In this document: positions 1-11,787 of the stretch, in pieces
How the letters are laid out: every line of letters starts with the position of its first letter
Numbering within the stretch: position 1 is the stretch's first letter
Source: Octopus bimaculoides
Lineage: Eukaryota
DNA: 55,279 nt
Reading direction: 5' to 3'
Assembly (NCBI RefSeq): GCF_001194135.2
Contig: NC_068981.1
Coordinates: 96,228,820 to 96,284,098, forward strand
Notes under the pieces: model-generated
Databases searched by the model: none
Told to the model about the DNA's origin: nothing
Seen by the model: the letters and a program-made list of their open reading frames with translations, nothing else
Made by a program: the position numbers and the translations under genes

Positions 1-22
1 TGATGGTTTAGTAGAAAGTGGG

Positions 23-268
23 TTATACATCTTTAGATTGTATACCTGACTTTCCTACTATAATATTAAGAATATAACGGAACGCTGAACTCCAGACTAT
101 CAACTTAAACAACACTTTTTTTAGGTGGTAAATATATACATCTTTAGTTCTTGTTGTTACAGCTTCTGTTGTGTATGAGCATAGTTGTTGGGACGTTGTT
201 CTGTAGTTGTAAGCGAGCTGTCGAGTGTAAGTCCGAAAGATGTAGAGAGACAGCTTAAATACGTCCAT
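23..268 (-). CDS. Putative first coding exon (or ORF) of an unidentified minus-strand gene leaving the window; N-terminus resembles a mitochondrial targeting presequence
   Basis: ATG at 268 opens 81 codons (MDVFKLSLYIFRTYTRQLAYNYRTTSQQLCSYTTEAVTTRTKD...), R/S/T/L/Y-rich and acid-poor. CpG-containing promoter-like motifs lie just upstream. Candidate donors GAT|GTATAT (exon end 140) or CAG|GTATAC (exon end 46). No family recognised. Confidence 0.4.
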   Translation of the reverse strand: MDVFKLSLYIFRTYTRQLAYNYRTTSQQLCSYTTEAVTTRTKDVYIYHLKKVLFKLIVWSSAFRYILNIIVGKSGIQSKDV

Positions 269-330
269 GCTCAATCGCTGGCCAGCGAGAAAGAGAATGA
301 ATTGAGCGGGAACGCTTGGTTGTTTAATTC

Positions 331-375
331 TACGCATGCGTAAGACTACGCATGCGCATGGCGTTACTACAATGG
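331..375. promoter_or_regulatory. Two NRF1-like CGCATGCG palindromic sites plus an ACTACAA motif; probable housekeeping promoter of the minus-strand gene
   Basis: TACGCATGCGTA at 331-342 and ACGCATGCGCA at 348-358 resemble the NRF1 consensus TGCGCATGCGCA; local CpG enrichment in CpG-poor surroundings. Confidence 0.45.
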
Positions 376-1321
376 TTTATGTTAAAATTTAAACTCACTG
401 GTTGTATTAAATAAACCCACTGATTAATTTGTATTTATATTAAGATGTTAGCCTCTAATTTATATTTTTTTCTTAGGGTTTAGTCTCATCTATAAGTGAA
501 CCAAATTAAAACAAGATATTTTTGATATATTAGAAATTTATGGAAGAAGAAGCAGCTAAACTAGTACAGCTAAACATAGTACAATGATGTGAGCATAGCA
601 AGGGGAAATAAAGTACAGATTTCCCATAATATATTATAAGATCCATGTTATTTCATCCAGTGATGGGTAGGTGAATATAGTTATTCTCAGGAGTTTTTTT
701 CAGGAGGGATAATTGCCTTTGCTATGATGTACTTCACTTGTATTTCCCCTTGCTTCTACTCTATTTAAAAGGATAAACACACCTTAGCTATTCTTAACTG
801 ACTTTTATATGTGTTAGCCCCCTCCCAAACCACTTAGATCCTCTGAAGAAGCCTAGGGTCACATCCATTATCCAAGCTTTGTCTGCTCATCCCTGCATAA
901 CACTGAAGAGATGGAGATAACCTGGAAGATTTCATTGCCTCTTGGCAGAAACGACAGTAAGGAACTAGCACCTGCACACCCATTCAGTTTTTTGCCAATT
1001 TGCTCGTTTGCTCAATTGCTCATTTGTTTCCATATGCTTATATCTATTCACACCTTTGCTTATGCAGTTACCAGCTTTTTCACTCGAGAATCTGTGCCAT
1101 TCATACATGTGTGTGTATCCATCCAATACATTAGAATAAATAGACATACTGGAATGTTTACTGGCTGATGTCTATCAATTTTATATCCTCTCTGTTTCCT
1201 TATTTGCCATATATATACACAGATATGCAGGAAGTAAATAGACACCTTTAATTTTCAAAATCTTTTATTTAGTATGCAAAGCAAACAATTGAAATGTAAT
1301 CGATAGGTAGGACTACATACT

Positions 1322-2010
1322 TTAGTATTTAGTTGACATTCCCTTTGCAGTTTTTAATTCAGAAACTCTTTTTGGTATTGAACTGATGAGCTTTGTGATT
1401 GTCTCTTGTGGAATTTCTGTCCACTTTTCACGCAACAATCGAAACAATTCACCTTTAGATTTAGGTTTCTGTCAAGCTTTTCGTATAGCTCTATCTAGTA
1501 TGCTCCTAAGATTTTCAATTGGGTTCATGTCAGGAGATTGGCTCAGCCAAGGAAGCTTTTTGATCCCATTTTCAGTCAGCCATTGTTGATTCCTTTTTGC
1601 TGTGTGGCCTGGAGCCCCATCTTCCATGAATAAAAACTCATTTTTCGTTACGTCATCATGCAAATAATTTGGAAGTAGTCCTTGCTTAAGTATTTCGATG
1701 TATTTTTCAGAATTTATGGTTCCAACACATTCAATCAGCTCAGAACGACCATTGCTGGTGACAGCTCACCATACCATTACAGAGATACCGCCATGTTTCA
1801 CAATTGGTTGGAGTCGTTTCAAATCAAATTCTTGATTGGGAAGCCTCCAGACCCAAACACGTCCACTGTCTGAAAATAATGCAAATCTGGATTCATCTGA
1901 GAAAATCACTCTATCCCAAAAATGAACTGGATTTTTCTGACATCTCTTTAGCCCATTTCTTTCTTTTCATGATATCAATTGGTTGAAGGAGAGGTTTTCT
2001 TTTAGCTGCT
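1322..2010 (-). mobile_element. Tc1-family DDE transposase relic
   Basis: Translated pieces FSDESRF, KHGGISVMVW, FMEDGAPGHTAK, WLSQSPDMNPIENL and C-terminal KTAKGMSTKY*; in-frame stops present. Confidence 0.9.
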
Positions 2011-2069
2011 CATCCATAATACCCAAGCTTATGCAGATATGTAACACATGCTCTTGAACTAACTTCTAG

Positions 2070-3555
2070 CTGTTTTGCAATGTCAGAAGCCTTCGAACGG
2101 GATTCATTTTCCACAATTCTCTTCAAACAGTGAAGCTTCTTTGTGGAGAACAGCTATGTTTCATGGTAGTGAGACATGGGCTCTGACTGTGGAGGACATG
2201 TGTAGGCTGGAGAGGAATGAAGGTAGTATGCTCTGTTGGATTTGCAACATGTGTGCATGACCAACAAAGCATAACTGTGTTGAGAGAAAAGTTAGGCATA
2301 AGAGGGATTAAATGTAGTATACAGGAGAGGAGACTGCGTTGGTTTGGACATGTGATGTGTATGAGTGAAGACACCTGTATACAGAAGTGCCTGTCACTGA
2401 AAGTGAATGGTACCTGTGGAAGAGGGAGACCCAAGAAGACATGGGATGAAGTGGTGGGAACTGATCTTAGGATGCTGGGGTTCACAGAGGAAATGACAGT
2501 AGACCAAGATGTTTGGTGATATGAGGTCCTAGGGAAGACCCATCCATGAAACTGAGTGCTATAAGAATTGCATCCCACCCATATATAACAACACACTTTT
2601 CACCCACTCTACCTTAAGAAATCAAACTACAACTCCTCTTCTAATAGCATCTTTTTCTTCCTCACATTTCTTCCTCATATATTGATTGTTTTCCAATCCT
2701 CTTTCTTGCCCTCACTGCTGTGCTCACTGTATCACTGCTCCCCACATACCTCACCACCCACACCCACTCCCTATTTTTCTGACCAGGTCCTACACTCATA
2801 TTCTTGTTACTTGTGAGTATACCCTAGCACTACACCATTTCTATTCTGTTCTCTCTTACACTTTTGCTGTTTCCTACTCTCTCTCTCTTTCCCTTTGATC
2901 ACTCTCTCTCTCTCTCCTTCTCTTGTTTTCCTGTAACTAGGTAACCAAGTATTACTTTTACATCAGCAAACTTGTTTCTGACCACTTTCTGTACCTCTCT
3001 CACACTCTCTATCTCCCACCTCTCTCTCTCTCTGGGTAACCAAGTACCTCCTCTATAGCAAGACACTTATTTTTGCCTCTCTATTTCTGTTACACTCTAA
3101 TCTTTCATCATTTGATACTGGATCACCTCCTCTAATGCCCCCTCTGTTGTGGCAAGACACCTTCTTCTGTCTCTCTGTCTCTTTGTCACACTCTAACTTT
3201 CATCCTCTGACACAAATGCCCTGCCCCTCTCATAATTCCTTGTCTTGTGAATTACTTGGTTACACTGCCAGTGTTGGTGCCACGTTAAAAGCATCCAGTC
3301 CACACTGTAATGTGGTTGGCATCTGGAAGGGCATCCAGCTGTTAAAATCTTGCCAAAACAAACTTTGTCTGTGCTAGTGCCACGTAAAAAGCACTGAGTC
3401 CACTTTGCAGAATGGTTGGTGTTAGGAAGGGCATCCAGCCGTAAAAATCCCTGCCAAAACAGACACAATAGCCTTGGGTAGATTATCTCCCTGGCCAGCT
3501 CCTGTCAACCATCCTACCCATGCATGCATGAAAGATGGACGTTAAATGATGATGA
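2070..3555 (+). mobile_element. RTE-clade LINE 3' fragment (RT C-terminus, 3'UTR, GAT tail)
   Basis: HGSETWAL, RRLRWFGHV and GRGRPKKTW motifs at 2150-2520; terminal GGAAGGGCATCCAGC...GGACGTTAAATGATGATGAT shared with many other copies in the window. Confidence 0.8.
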
Positions 3556-3674
3556 TATATACACACACACACACACACATATGTATACACATATATATAA
3601 ATATAGGACAGTGTTACAACAATGTACCAATATTTAATAATTTTTTCTTCGTATACATATATATATGCGAGCGC

Positions 3675-3712
<38 letters not shown>

Positions 3713-3887
3713 TCCAAAGTGTACAGTATTATAATGTCCATATATCCATTATGGTTGATTGGTAAGACCAGCTATAATGAACGTATAATACTGTACACTT
3801 CAGATAATATACCCACTCTATTGACAGATATACAAGTGCATTTTTTCCTGACTTATGGATTCTTAGATGACTTACACAAACACACAA

Positions 3888-3940
<53 letters not shown>

Positions 3941-4266
3941 NNNNNNNNNNNNNNNNNNNNNNNNNNNNNNNNNNNNNNNNNNNNNNNNNNNNNNNNNNNN
4001 NNNNNNNNNNNNNNNNNNNNNNNNNNNNNNNNNNNNNNNNNNNNNNNNNNNNNNNNNNNNNNNNNNNNNNNNNNNNNNNNNNNNNNNNNNNNNNNNNNNN
4101 NNNNNNNNNNNNNNNNNNNNNNNNNNNNNNNNNNNNNNNNNNNNNNNNNNNNNNNNNNNNNNNNNNNNNNNNNNNNNNNNNNNNNNNNNNNNNNNNNNNN
4201 NNNNNNNNNNNNNNNNNNNNNNNNNNNNNNNNNNNNNNNNNNNNNNNNNNNNNNNNNNNNNNNNNN
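3941..4266. other. Assembly gap; further gaps at 28434-28601, 30014-30113, 52614-52740, 54380-54748
   Basis: N runs, several abutting (TA)n microsatellites. Confidence 1.
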
Positions 4267-4473
4267 AAATCGTATATATTATATTTATAAAATGTTTTAA
4301 ACTGGGAACGGTAAAAATAATTTGGGCTGGTGAGTTGCTTGGCTTTTTTTTCCTTTGTATCCGAATGTTATAATGTTAAATCAAGTACTATAAAATTTTA
4401 TGTAACAGTAGTCAACCATCTACATTTCACTTATGTAACAAAGGGCTTGGTCTATGTTGTATAGTGAGTGTGC

Positions 4474-4518
<45 letters not shown>

Positions 4519-5109
4519 CGCATGAGCAAAAACATTCGATTGTGTATGAGAACCTGTTGTTGCTGAGCAGACATGTTGAAATGGAATAAACGAAACTGAT
4601 CTAGAAGAGATCTGTCTCATTACAATTGTTGGAAATGAGTGAGAGAAGGTCTTTGGTATTAATATATAAATCAAGAATGACATATCTGGAAGAAGAATGT
4701 TATTCTGAAATTGTTTGTGGAGATATTTATTCTAAGGAGGAACATTACCTGTGTTATAGCGGCGAAAACAATGAATAAAAATGATATCTTGTACTAGTTA
4801 TGAGAAAATACAGTGAGTATGTTTATTTATGCTTTGCAGGAGAGCTTAAGGCAGCATGGATCAGAATTAACTTGAGATTGTCAAATGGTTTTTACTTTTG
4901 CTTTATCTTTGCTATTGTTCATACAATGGCTCAACTAGAGTGTGTGCGACTCATTATGTTCCTTGAGTTTGCTACCCTTTATATGTATGAAGAACACCTT
5001 ACAATACACATCAAGTGTACTGAAACAAAACAGGAATATGGAATATAGAGAAAAATATGTAGGTAAAAATGAAAACACTAGGCTTACTTCTGAAGTGAAA
5101 AATTAGGCA

Positions 5110-7830
5110 CAGTGTTCTAATAAATTGTCTTAGGAAAATCTTCAGTGATATTGTCTAAGTCTATATCATCTATCAATTATTCTATAGACAGGATGGCAAA
5201 ACTTCTCAATTGCAAAGTGCTCATACAGACCCATTGCCAGACTTTGGTGCTTGGGAATGCTTCTTAATATTCTGGGTGGACGCTAATTTGTAATAATAGT
5301 AATGTAGAGTTTCTGAATAATGCATCACTGTAAATGTTTTTGACAATTTCATCAATTTTATGTTTTAAAGATTGATTACAAACCAGTAAAAAAAAATTTT
5401 ATTTCTACTTTTTTAAACTTCCTCCTCCTTGTAAGAAACTAACTGTAACTTTTCATCTTTAACCTTTTTTTAACAGTCTTTCAGAACTGTTTTAAATATT
5501 GGAGATGATTACACAAAAACACTTTCTATTTTTACTTCCTTGACTCCATTTTGAAAGACGCATCAAGCTGTAACTTGTTAAGGTGTATGGTTTAAGCTTT
5601 TAAGGTTATGCTTTAAGTTTATTGTGTAGGTTTAAAATTAGGATTAGGATTTATGGTTAAATAAGAAGAGACATACTTCTTTTACAGTACCATAATTTTC
5701 CCTGTTTTTGACAGAAATCTGAAGAAATTGCTAAAAAATAAATAGAATATAAACTCTGCCAATTCTAAAACATTATTGAGTGTTCATATTTGTTATCAGA
5801 CTCTTCATGAGCCAGTGTTGACACTATTACTGATGATTGTGTAATACACTGAACTCTGTGAATGTGTTGTAGAGGAATAGAATGATCATCACCTAAATTA
5901 AATGATTTACCAAGAGAGAAGTTGCTCTGAAATTTTCCCGTCTATTCTCATTTCTTTCAAAATATTCAGTACAGTATTTATAAGATGTACTCGTTCAAAC
6001 AAATCACAGTGGTGGTGTTGTAACAATTTATTTGGTGCATCAAGAACCTTCAGAATATCTTCAAGAAGAATGACAATGAAAATAAATTTGAGGTGACCAA
6101 TCTGTTTCAAAATACCAGTTGCCTCAATCCATATGTTTATGTCAGAACTGTCATGTTCTGCATCTCAAAGCACTTGCACTATGTGTTCATGATCAATGTA
6201 TATTGTTAGATACACTGACTACTGTTGTTCCAAGTGCTTGAATGTGTACCTTTGCAAGCAGTAAGCAACTTTGGTCTATGCAGAAAGTTATAAAGAGCTT
6301 TACAAACTAAAAAAAGACAATTTTACGTCACCAATCTCTTCAATTGCGGTAACTACAAGCAAATGCAACTGACGCATCAAGCTAAATGAAATCTTAGTCA
6401 TGGCCAGTGCTGGTGACAAGTGAAAGGCACTGATGCCAGTGACACATGTGAGGCACCCATGTTGGTGAGACAGGAAAAGCACCTGTGCAGGAGACACGTA
6501 AAAGGCACCCATACCAGGGACAAGTAAGAGATACCCAGTAAACACTATGGAGTGGCTGGCTTTAGAAAGAGCATACAGCCATAGAAACCAAACCAAAACA
6601 GACTGGAGCCTGGTGCAGCTCTCTGGCTTACCAATTATCATTTAGCATCCGTTTTCCATACTGGAAAACGGATGCTAAATGATAATGATGATGATTGAAG
6701 TAGGACACATACAGAATTTCCTTTCCAGTTTTCTGTTGTATTATTTTCTGAACATTACCACCACAGCCAGACATTACAGAGGCACTATCATAGCACTGAG
6801 ATAAAATACTTTCTGGCTTTAGTCCAGCATCTTCAATACTTTGAATAATTGCATTAGCCAAAGTTTCAGCCTCAGATTCTTGGCTTACAGTTAGAGCAAT
6901 AAGATTTTCTAACACACTCCCTGTTTATACAAACCTAACAATTATTGAGGTATTGGTAGGTTCACAAGTTTCATCACATTTAATTGTAAACAAAGGGATA
7001 TCTGAGTGATGAATATCATCTCCAATTTGATTCAAAACAACATGTTTCATAAGTTGTATAATTTCATTTTCCATCATAACAGATGTGAATGACACATTTT
7101 TAGGTTCTGTTGAAAATATTTCTTTTAATTTGGAATTTTTTGTAAGAGTATTTTCAAAAGGATGTAAAAAATAGTCCAGAAACTTCATTCTTATTGTCAT
7201 TGTCAAGACAGGTGATATTTTCATTGTAATCACCCCAAAGTGTAAGTTCATTAACACATAAAAACTGAATCACATCTACAACAGATTGTAAATAATACTG
7301 TTTTTGTTTTCAACTCATCTTCATTCACCATTGTAGATATATTCTGATTAGCTGGACTGTGTTTCTGCCTTTCACTGCAAACTTTTCCAGTACTTTTATG
7401 TGCAACAGAATTCTCCTGCCTGTTAAAACCTTTGCTTTTTTGACTAAGCATTATGTCAGTTAGTATATCCTTCAACTTCAGAACTGTTATCAGCATTCTG
7501 GGACATACAAAAATGTTGACAACAATAGCAGAAAGCTGCCTTACACTGAACTAAGAATTCTAACAGAAGTTTCATTTTTAACAATATTGTTTAGGATGAT
7601 ACACATATAATACATGGCAACATATCTAATCCCGATAAATCAAGTTTGGGAAACACACCAAGTTCTTTACGTTGCATAACATCAGCTACTAAAGAAGTTA
7701 AAGGATGGTGTAATGTTGCAGAATCAATTAACTGTGGTTGATTTGAAACGGAAGAAATCTTTTTGGTCTTGTCATTTTCGCAGGTTTTGGAGGTTTTAGA
7801 ATTTCCAACTGCAAAAATAGACAAAATTGA
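5110..7830 (-). mobile_element. hAT (Tip100/ZMYM1-like, DUF4371-type) transposase relic, interrupted by later insertions
   Basis: KGFNRQENSVAH (N-terminal region), FTIKCDETC...SIIVRFV, SQCYDSASVMSG...YVSYFNHH, LLEDILKVLDAPNKLLQ, and dimerisation-domain-like LRSFAILSIE*LIDDIDLDNI near 5150-5200; many stops and frameshifts. Confidence 0.8.
6300..6695 (+). mobile_element. RTE family-A 3' end inserted in the hAT relic, with a fold-back at its tail
   Basis: GACTGGAGCCTGGTGCAGC motif and GATGATGAT tail; 25-bp inverted repeat at 6634-6686. Confidence 0.65.
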
Positions 7831-8092
7831 TCTTTATTGCTTCATTTCTTTTTAATTTAAATAAAATACAATTTTTTTTAGTTCAGGCAAAATAAAATAT
7901 AATTACTTTAAAGAAAAGCAAATTATTCATAGTTATTATCTTGAAAAATAGAGCGCTCAGGGAATTTTCTCAGATTAACCAAAATGTTCAGACTCTATAT
8001 TTTTAAGTCAATACAGTTCTATATTTGAGAGATGAGGAATTATGTACATTATTTACATTTAATGGATATTTGTCCTCATCTTGTTTGTTGTT

Positions 8093-8138
8093 AACACAAC
8101 ATTTTGGCTGATATACCCTCCAGCCTTCATCAGGTGTC
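8093..8138 (-). ncRNA. Minimal type-I hammerhead ribozyme, degenerate copy (G12->A)
   Basis: Minus strand reads GACAC-CTGATGA-A-GGCTG-GAGGGTATAT-CAGCC-AAAA-TG-TT-GTGTT: stem I GACAC/GTGTT, core CTGATGA, 5-bp stem II, GAAACG decayed to AAAATG. Hammerheads in Penelope terminal repeats are established. Confidence 0.75.
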
Positions 8139-8209
8139 ATGGGGAAATTTCAAACCTGGGTTCTCATTCCTAAGGTATTTTTCGATGTTATTATTATTAT
8201 TATTATTCA

Positions 8210-8282
8210 GGTCACTGCCTGGAATTGAACTTGGAATTCTGGGGTTAGTAGCCCACACTCTTAACCACTATGCCATATGACC
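8210..8282 (-). ncRNA. tRNA-like Pol III promoter module (not a functional tRNA) inside the Penelope 3' terminal repeat
   Basis: 73 nt; A box TGGCATAGTGG (8275-8265), B box GTTCAATTCC (8230-8221), GGTCA/TGACC acceptor-like pairing, loop CTACTAA; T-stem broken. Confidence 0.7.
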
Positions 8283-8311
8283 GTGGGCAATTATGGAGTG
8301 AATTTTAGGGC

Positions 8312-9325
8312 TTATAAATCTAATATTTTCCTATCGCCCCTTAATACTGGTTCTCATATGCTACTCATATCTGCACTCGGTCTGCTTAGGAGGTTATTAT
8401 GTCCTAGCTTAAGTGCTGCTTCTTTTAGTTTTCGTATTTTCCAGTGGTGTTCTCTGTCTATTATTTTAACTTCATCCCACAGGAGGAGGTGGTCTCCGTT
8501 TTTCCATACATGATTAGCTATACCTGATTTATCAATATCTCTTTGTGTTACAGCTTTGCAATGTTCCTCTACCCTTACTTTGAGAGGGTGATATGTTTCG
8601 CCTTTGTATAACCTACCATAGCTGCATGGGATAGAGAACATGCAGTCTTTGGTCATATTCCCTTTTATTGATGGTTTTACTCAAAGGAGATATTTGTTAA
8701 GTGTTGTATTACTCTTGAACACTGTCCTGATGTCATACGGGCCACATATCTTTTGTATCTTTTCAGAGAGGCCTTTCACATAGGGTAGACAGACTGTGGT
8801 CAGTTTATGGGTTTCATACTCTCTTTTCTTCATAATTGGAGTGAATAATATGCTTTTGGGATAGTTATTGATTAATAGATTGTTACTTAGCTTGATCATT
8901 TCTTTGTGGTGTGTATCAGGATTGCTACTTATATTCTTTGCTCGATATTTTAGGCACTGAGCAATGCCTCTCTTTACACTGTATAGATGGTGGGAATTGA
9001 AGTTGAGGTATTGTCCAGCAAAGGTTGGCTTGCAGTATACGGATGTCCTGACTCAATACTTGGTGCGTGTTATTAATATGTCCAGGAATGCTAGCTGATT
9101 GTCTTTTTCCTTTTCCATTGTGAACTGTATGGATAGCTTTATTGAATTCCCATGATCTTACAGTACTTGGACATCTTCCTGGTAGGGGCCAGAGTATAAA
9201 TGTATCATCAACATATCGCAGCCATAGAGTTGGTTTTAGTGGTGTTGATCCTAAAGCCAAATTCCCTAAGATTCACAAAGATGGTATTCCATTAAGAGCT
9301 ATAGTGAGCTGTAGAGGTTCAGCAT
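8312..9325 (-). mobile_element. Penelope-like element (RT followed by GIY-YIG endonuclease), 5'-truncated with an inverted 5' piece
   Basis: WLRYVDDTF RT motif, TTVCLPYVKGLSEKI linker, SIPCSYGRLYKGET...RVEEH...KSGIANHVW GIY-YIG domain, stop at 8314-8312. PKIHKDGIPLRAIVSCRGS (RT N-terminal motif) is on the + strand at 9265-9325. Confidence 0.88.
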
Positions 9326-9409
9326 GTCTTCCTTGGCTGATAGGCATATCAATGCCACATTAATGGCAAGTCGTTATGCTGTGTATGGTTCAATCCAAGT
9401 CAACTCTCT

Positions 9410-9860
9410 ATACATAGCTTCTTTTGTGACATTTCAGCCTCACACTGCTGAAACAGACTTTCCCACATTCACTGCATGTCAGCTCACTCTGGACACATAT
9501 ATTTCCTGGAAATATCATGTCCTCACTCTTTCTAGCATCCCCCTTCAACTTTACATGATTTCTTAGTGCTATTTCGAAGTTCTCACTTCCATCATATATT
9601 GTTTTCCTCCGTCTTTCCCAATCATTTGCAGTTTCTTACCAGTCCTTTTCCAAGATGTTAGCATTCTTCAAGGATGTTTTTATGCAACCTTTGAACCTCA
9701 GCTTAGGTTTATGAGGTGGACACATTCCATTCCTCAACTCACCATACAGAAGTTGCTTCTGAGACCCACTCATTGGAGTTGGAGCTGCAAAATGATTTCT
9801 CTACACATATGACTGTAATCTTTTTGCTCGCACTCAAGAAGACATGCAGCATATTATGGT
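9410..9860 (-). mobile_element. RTE (BovB-like) LINE 3' fragment with C-terminal C2H2 finger
   Basis: LLYGELRNGMCPPHKPKLRFKGCIKTSLK and LTCSECGKVCFSSVRLKCHKRS; same architecture as 26770-29950. Confidence 0.7.
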
Positions 9861-9960
9861 CTCCTTCTCTGATGCTTGTAGAATGCTTGTATTTATACAT
9901 AAGTGCTTACATACATACGTACATACATACGTATGTACATACATACACACATACATACAT

Positions 9961-10350
9961 GTTGTTGTTGCTGGCACTCCGTTGCTTACGACGTCGAGGG
10001 TTCCAGTTGATCCGATCAACGGAACAGCCTGCTCGTGAAATTAACGTGCAAGTGGCTGAGCACTCCACAGACACGTGTACCTTTAACATAGTTCTCAGGG
10101 ATATTCAGTGTGACACAGTGTGACAAGGCTGACCCTTTGAATTACAGGCACAACAGAAACAGGAAGTAAGAGTGAGAGAAAGTTGTGGTGGAAGAGTACA
10201 GCAGGGTTCACCACCATCCCCTGCCAGAGACTCATGGAGCTTTAGGTGTTTTTGCTCAATAAACACTCACAACGCCCGGTCTGGGAATCGAAACCACGAT
10301 ACTATGACCGCGAGTTCGCTGCCCTAACCACTGGGCCATTGTGCCTCCAC
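9961..10350 (-). mobile_element. tRNA-derived SINE with (CAA)n tail, inserted in a (TACA)n microsatellite
   Basis: A box TGGCCCAGTGG (10338-10328), B box GTTTCGATTCC (10294-10284); TACA repeats on both flanks. Confidence 0.8.
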
Positions 10351-11787
10351 ATACATACATACATACATAATTTTATGCAGTGTAATCTATATTTTCGCTT
10401 TCAACAATAAATTATCTACACGCATTCCTAAATGATTTGTCTAAAGTTGTGAATTTACATATTTTGAATTTGTGTTGCTATTGTAAAAAATAAAATAAAG
10501 ATTATGGTTAATATTAGTAGACCTTTCTTGCTTTTTTTTTATTCTAGCAAATTTTTCATATTGTTAAAAATCTTGTTGATGGTATCTTCCTGTTTCCACT
10601 CATGGCTATTTTGTAGGTTTAGTGACTTGTATTAAATGCTTCAGTGTTATTTAGTAGGAAACTCCTGTTTGTCATATATATATTTAAAAAAAAGTCACAC
10701 AAACACACACACACACATACATGCACTATTAGGTACCCCACCTACACCACCTACACTTAAACATACATAAGTTTGACCTATTTTACTTACTCTGATGAAT
10801 TAGCCACACAGAGATATTTAACCCAATATTAGCCAAAAACCACACACATTAAAACAAAAGGAAATTTTTCTCTACATATGTGGTTTCTATTTGACTGCAA
10901 TTATCTTTCTCTTGTTAAGGATTTTTGCACGCGTGTGTGTGTGTGTTGTGTGTGTGTGTGTGTTTTGCACTATTATAGTCACCAATATCAGAAATGAATC
11001 TGGTTACTACCTATCCAAGTGTGTGGTGTGTCAATGGTTTTCTGTTGTATTTTGTTGAGTAATTAATTTCATTTTTTCTGTAACCCATATTTCTATAGCC
11101 TTTGTTTTTTTTTTTTTTGCTTTTGTTGTTGTTTCTTAAGCTACATTAAACAGAGCATATATGAAAAAATGTAATTGCTAAAAAGACAAGCAAGATTTCA
11201 AGAAACAAAAATAGCATTTTTAAAAATAATTTTTGCTTAATAATTCATTGAAATATAAATTTGGGCTTCCTGGACAAAAATAAAGAAACATTATTCTTCC
11301 CTCCCCACCTAATTCATTTTCCACCCTACCACACAGTCTCCCCAGTAGGACATTCTCCATGATTTCCATTTTATCCCCTCCAAACCCACTAACCTCTCCT
11401 ATCTTTTAGGAACACCCCTTCCTTCCTTTAAACCACATTATAATCTACATAATTTTCTGGTCAGTACTTCCCTCACCCTTTGTTACAACAAGCCTAGCAC
11501 ATCCATTTATTTCTGCCAGTGTTGTAACACCAGTCCTTTTATTCATAGCATCACTTCTTTATACAGCCTAGGTCCATCTACCAAGTTATGTACTATTTCA
11601 CTCGTACTTCTGGTAATGTTAATCATTGCATAAAAGGCCAACTTAGCTGTGCTTTACATAGAAGTTAAATGGTCCAGCAGATTGACTCAAAAAGCATTTA
11701 CTTAATGTGTAATACAACAGCTCCAGATCTCTTTATAAGCTACCCACCCACATTTTCTGTTTTGGATGTACTCCAGCTAAGGGTTCA

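Noticed and set aside
3546-4373. ORFs made of HT/YI/CV/X runs here and near 9900, 16600, 30000, 52600, 53200 and 54400
   Set aside because: Translations of microsatellites and N gaps.
5829-5870. Second hammerhead candidate (CTGATGA-TT-GTGT-AAT-ACAC-T-GAAC)
   Set aside because: No GAAA core, no convincing stem I and no PLE context. CTGAAGA hits near 843 and 903 also lack stem II/GAAA.
8210-8282. Functional tRNA-Ser(ACT) gene
   Set aside because: T-stem does not pair, there is no long variable arm, and it is embedded in a repeat; treated as a tRNA-derived promoter.
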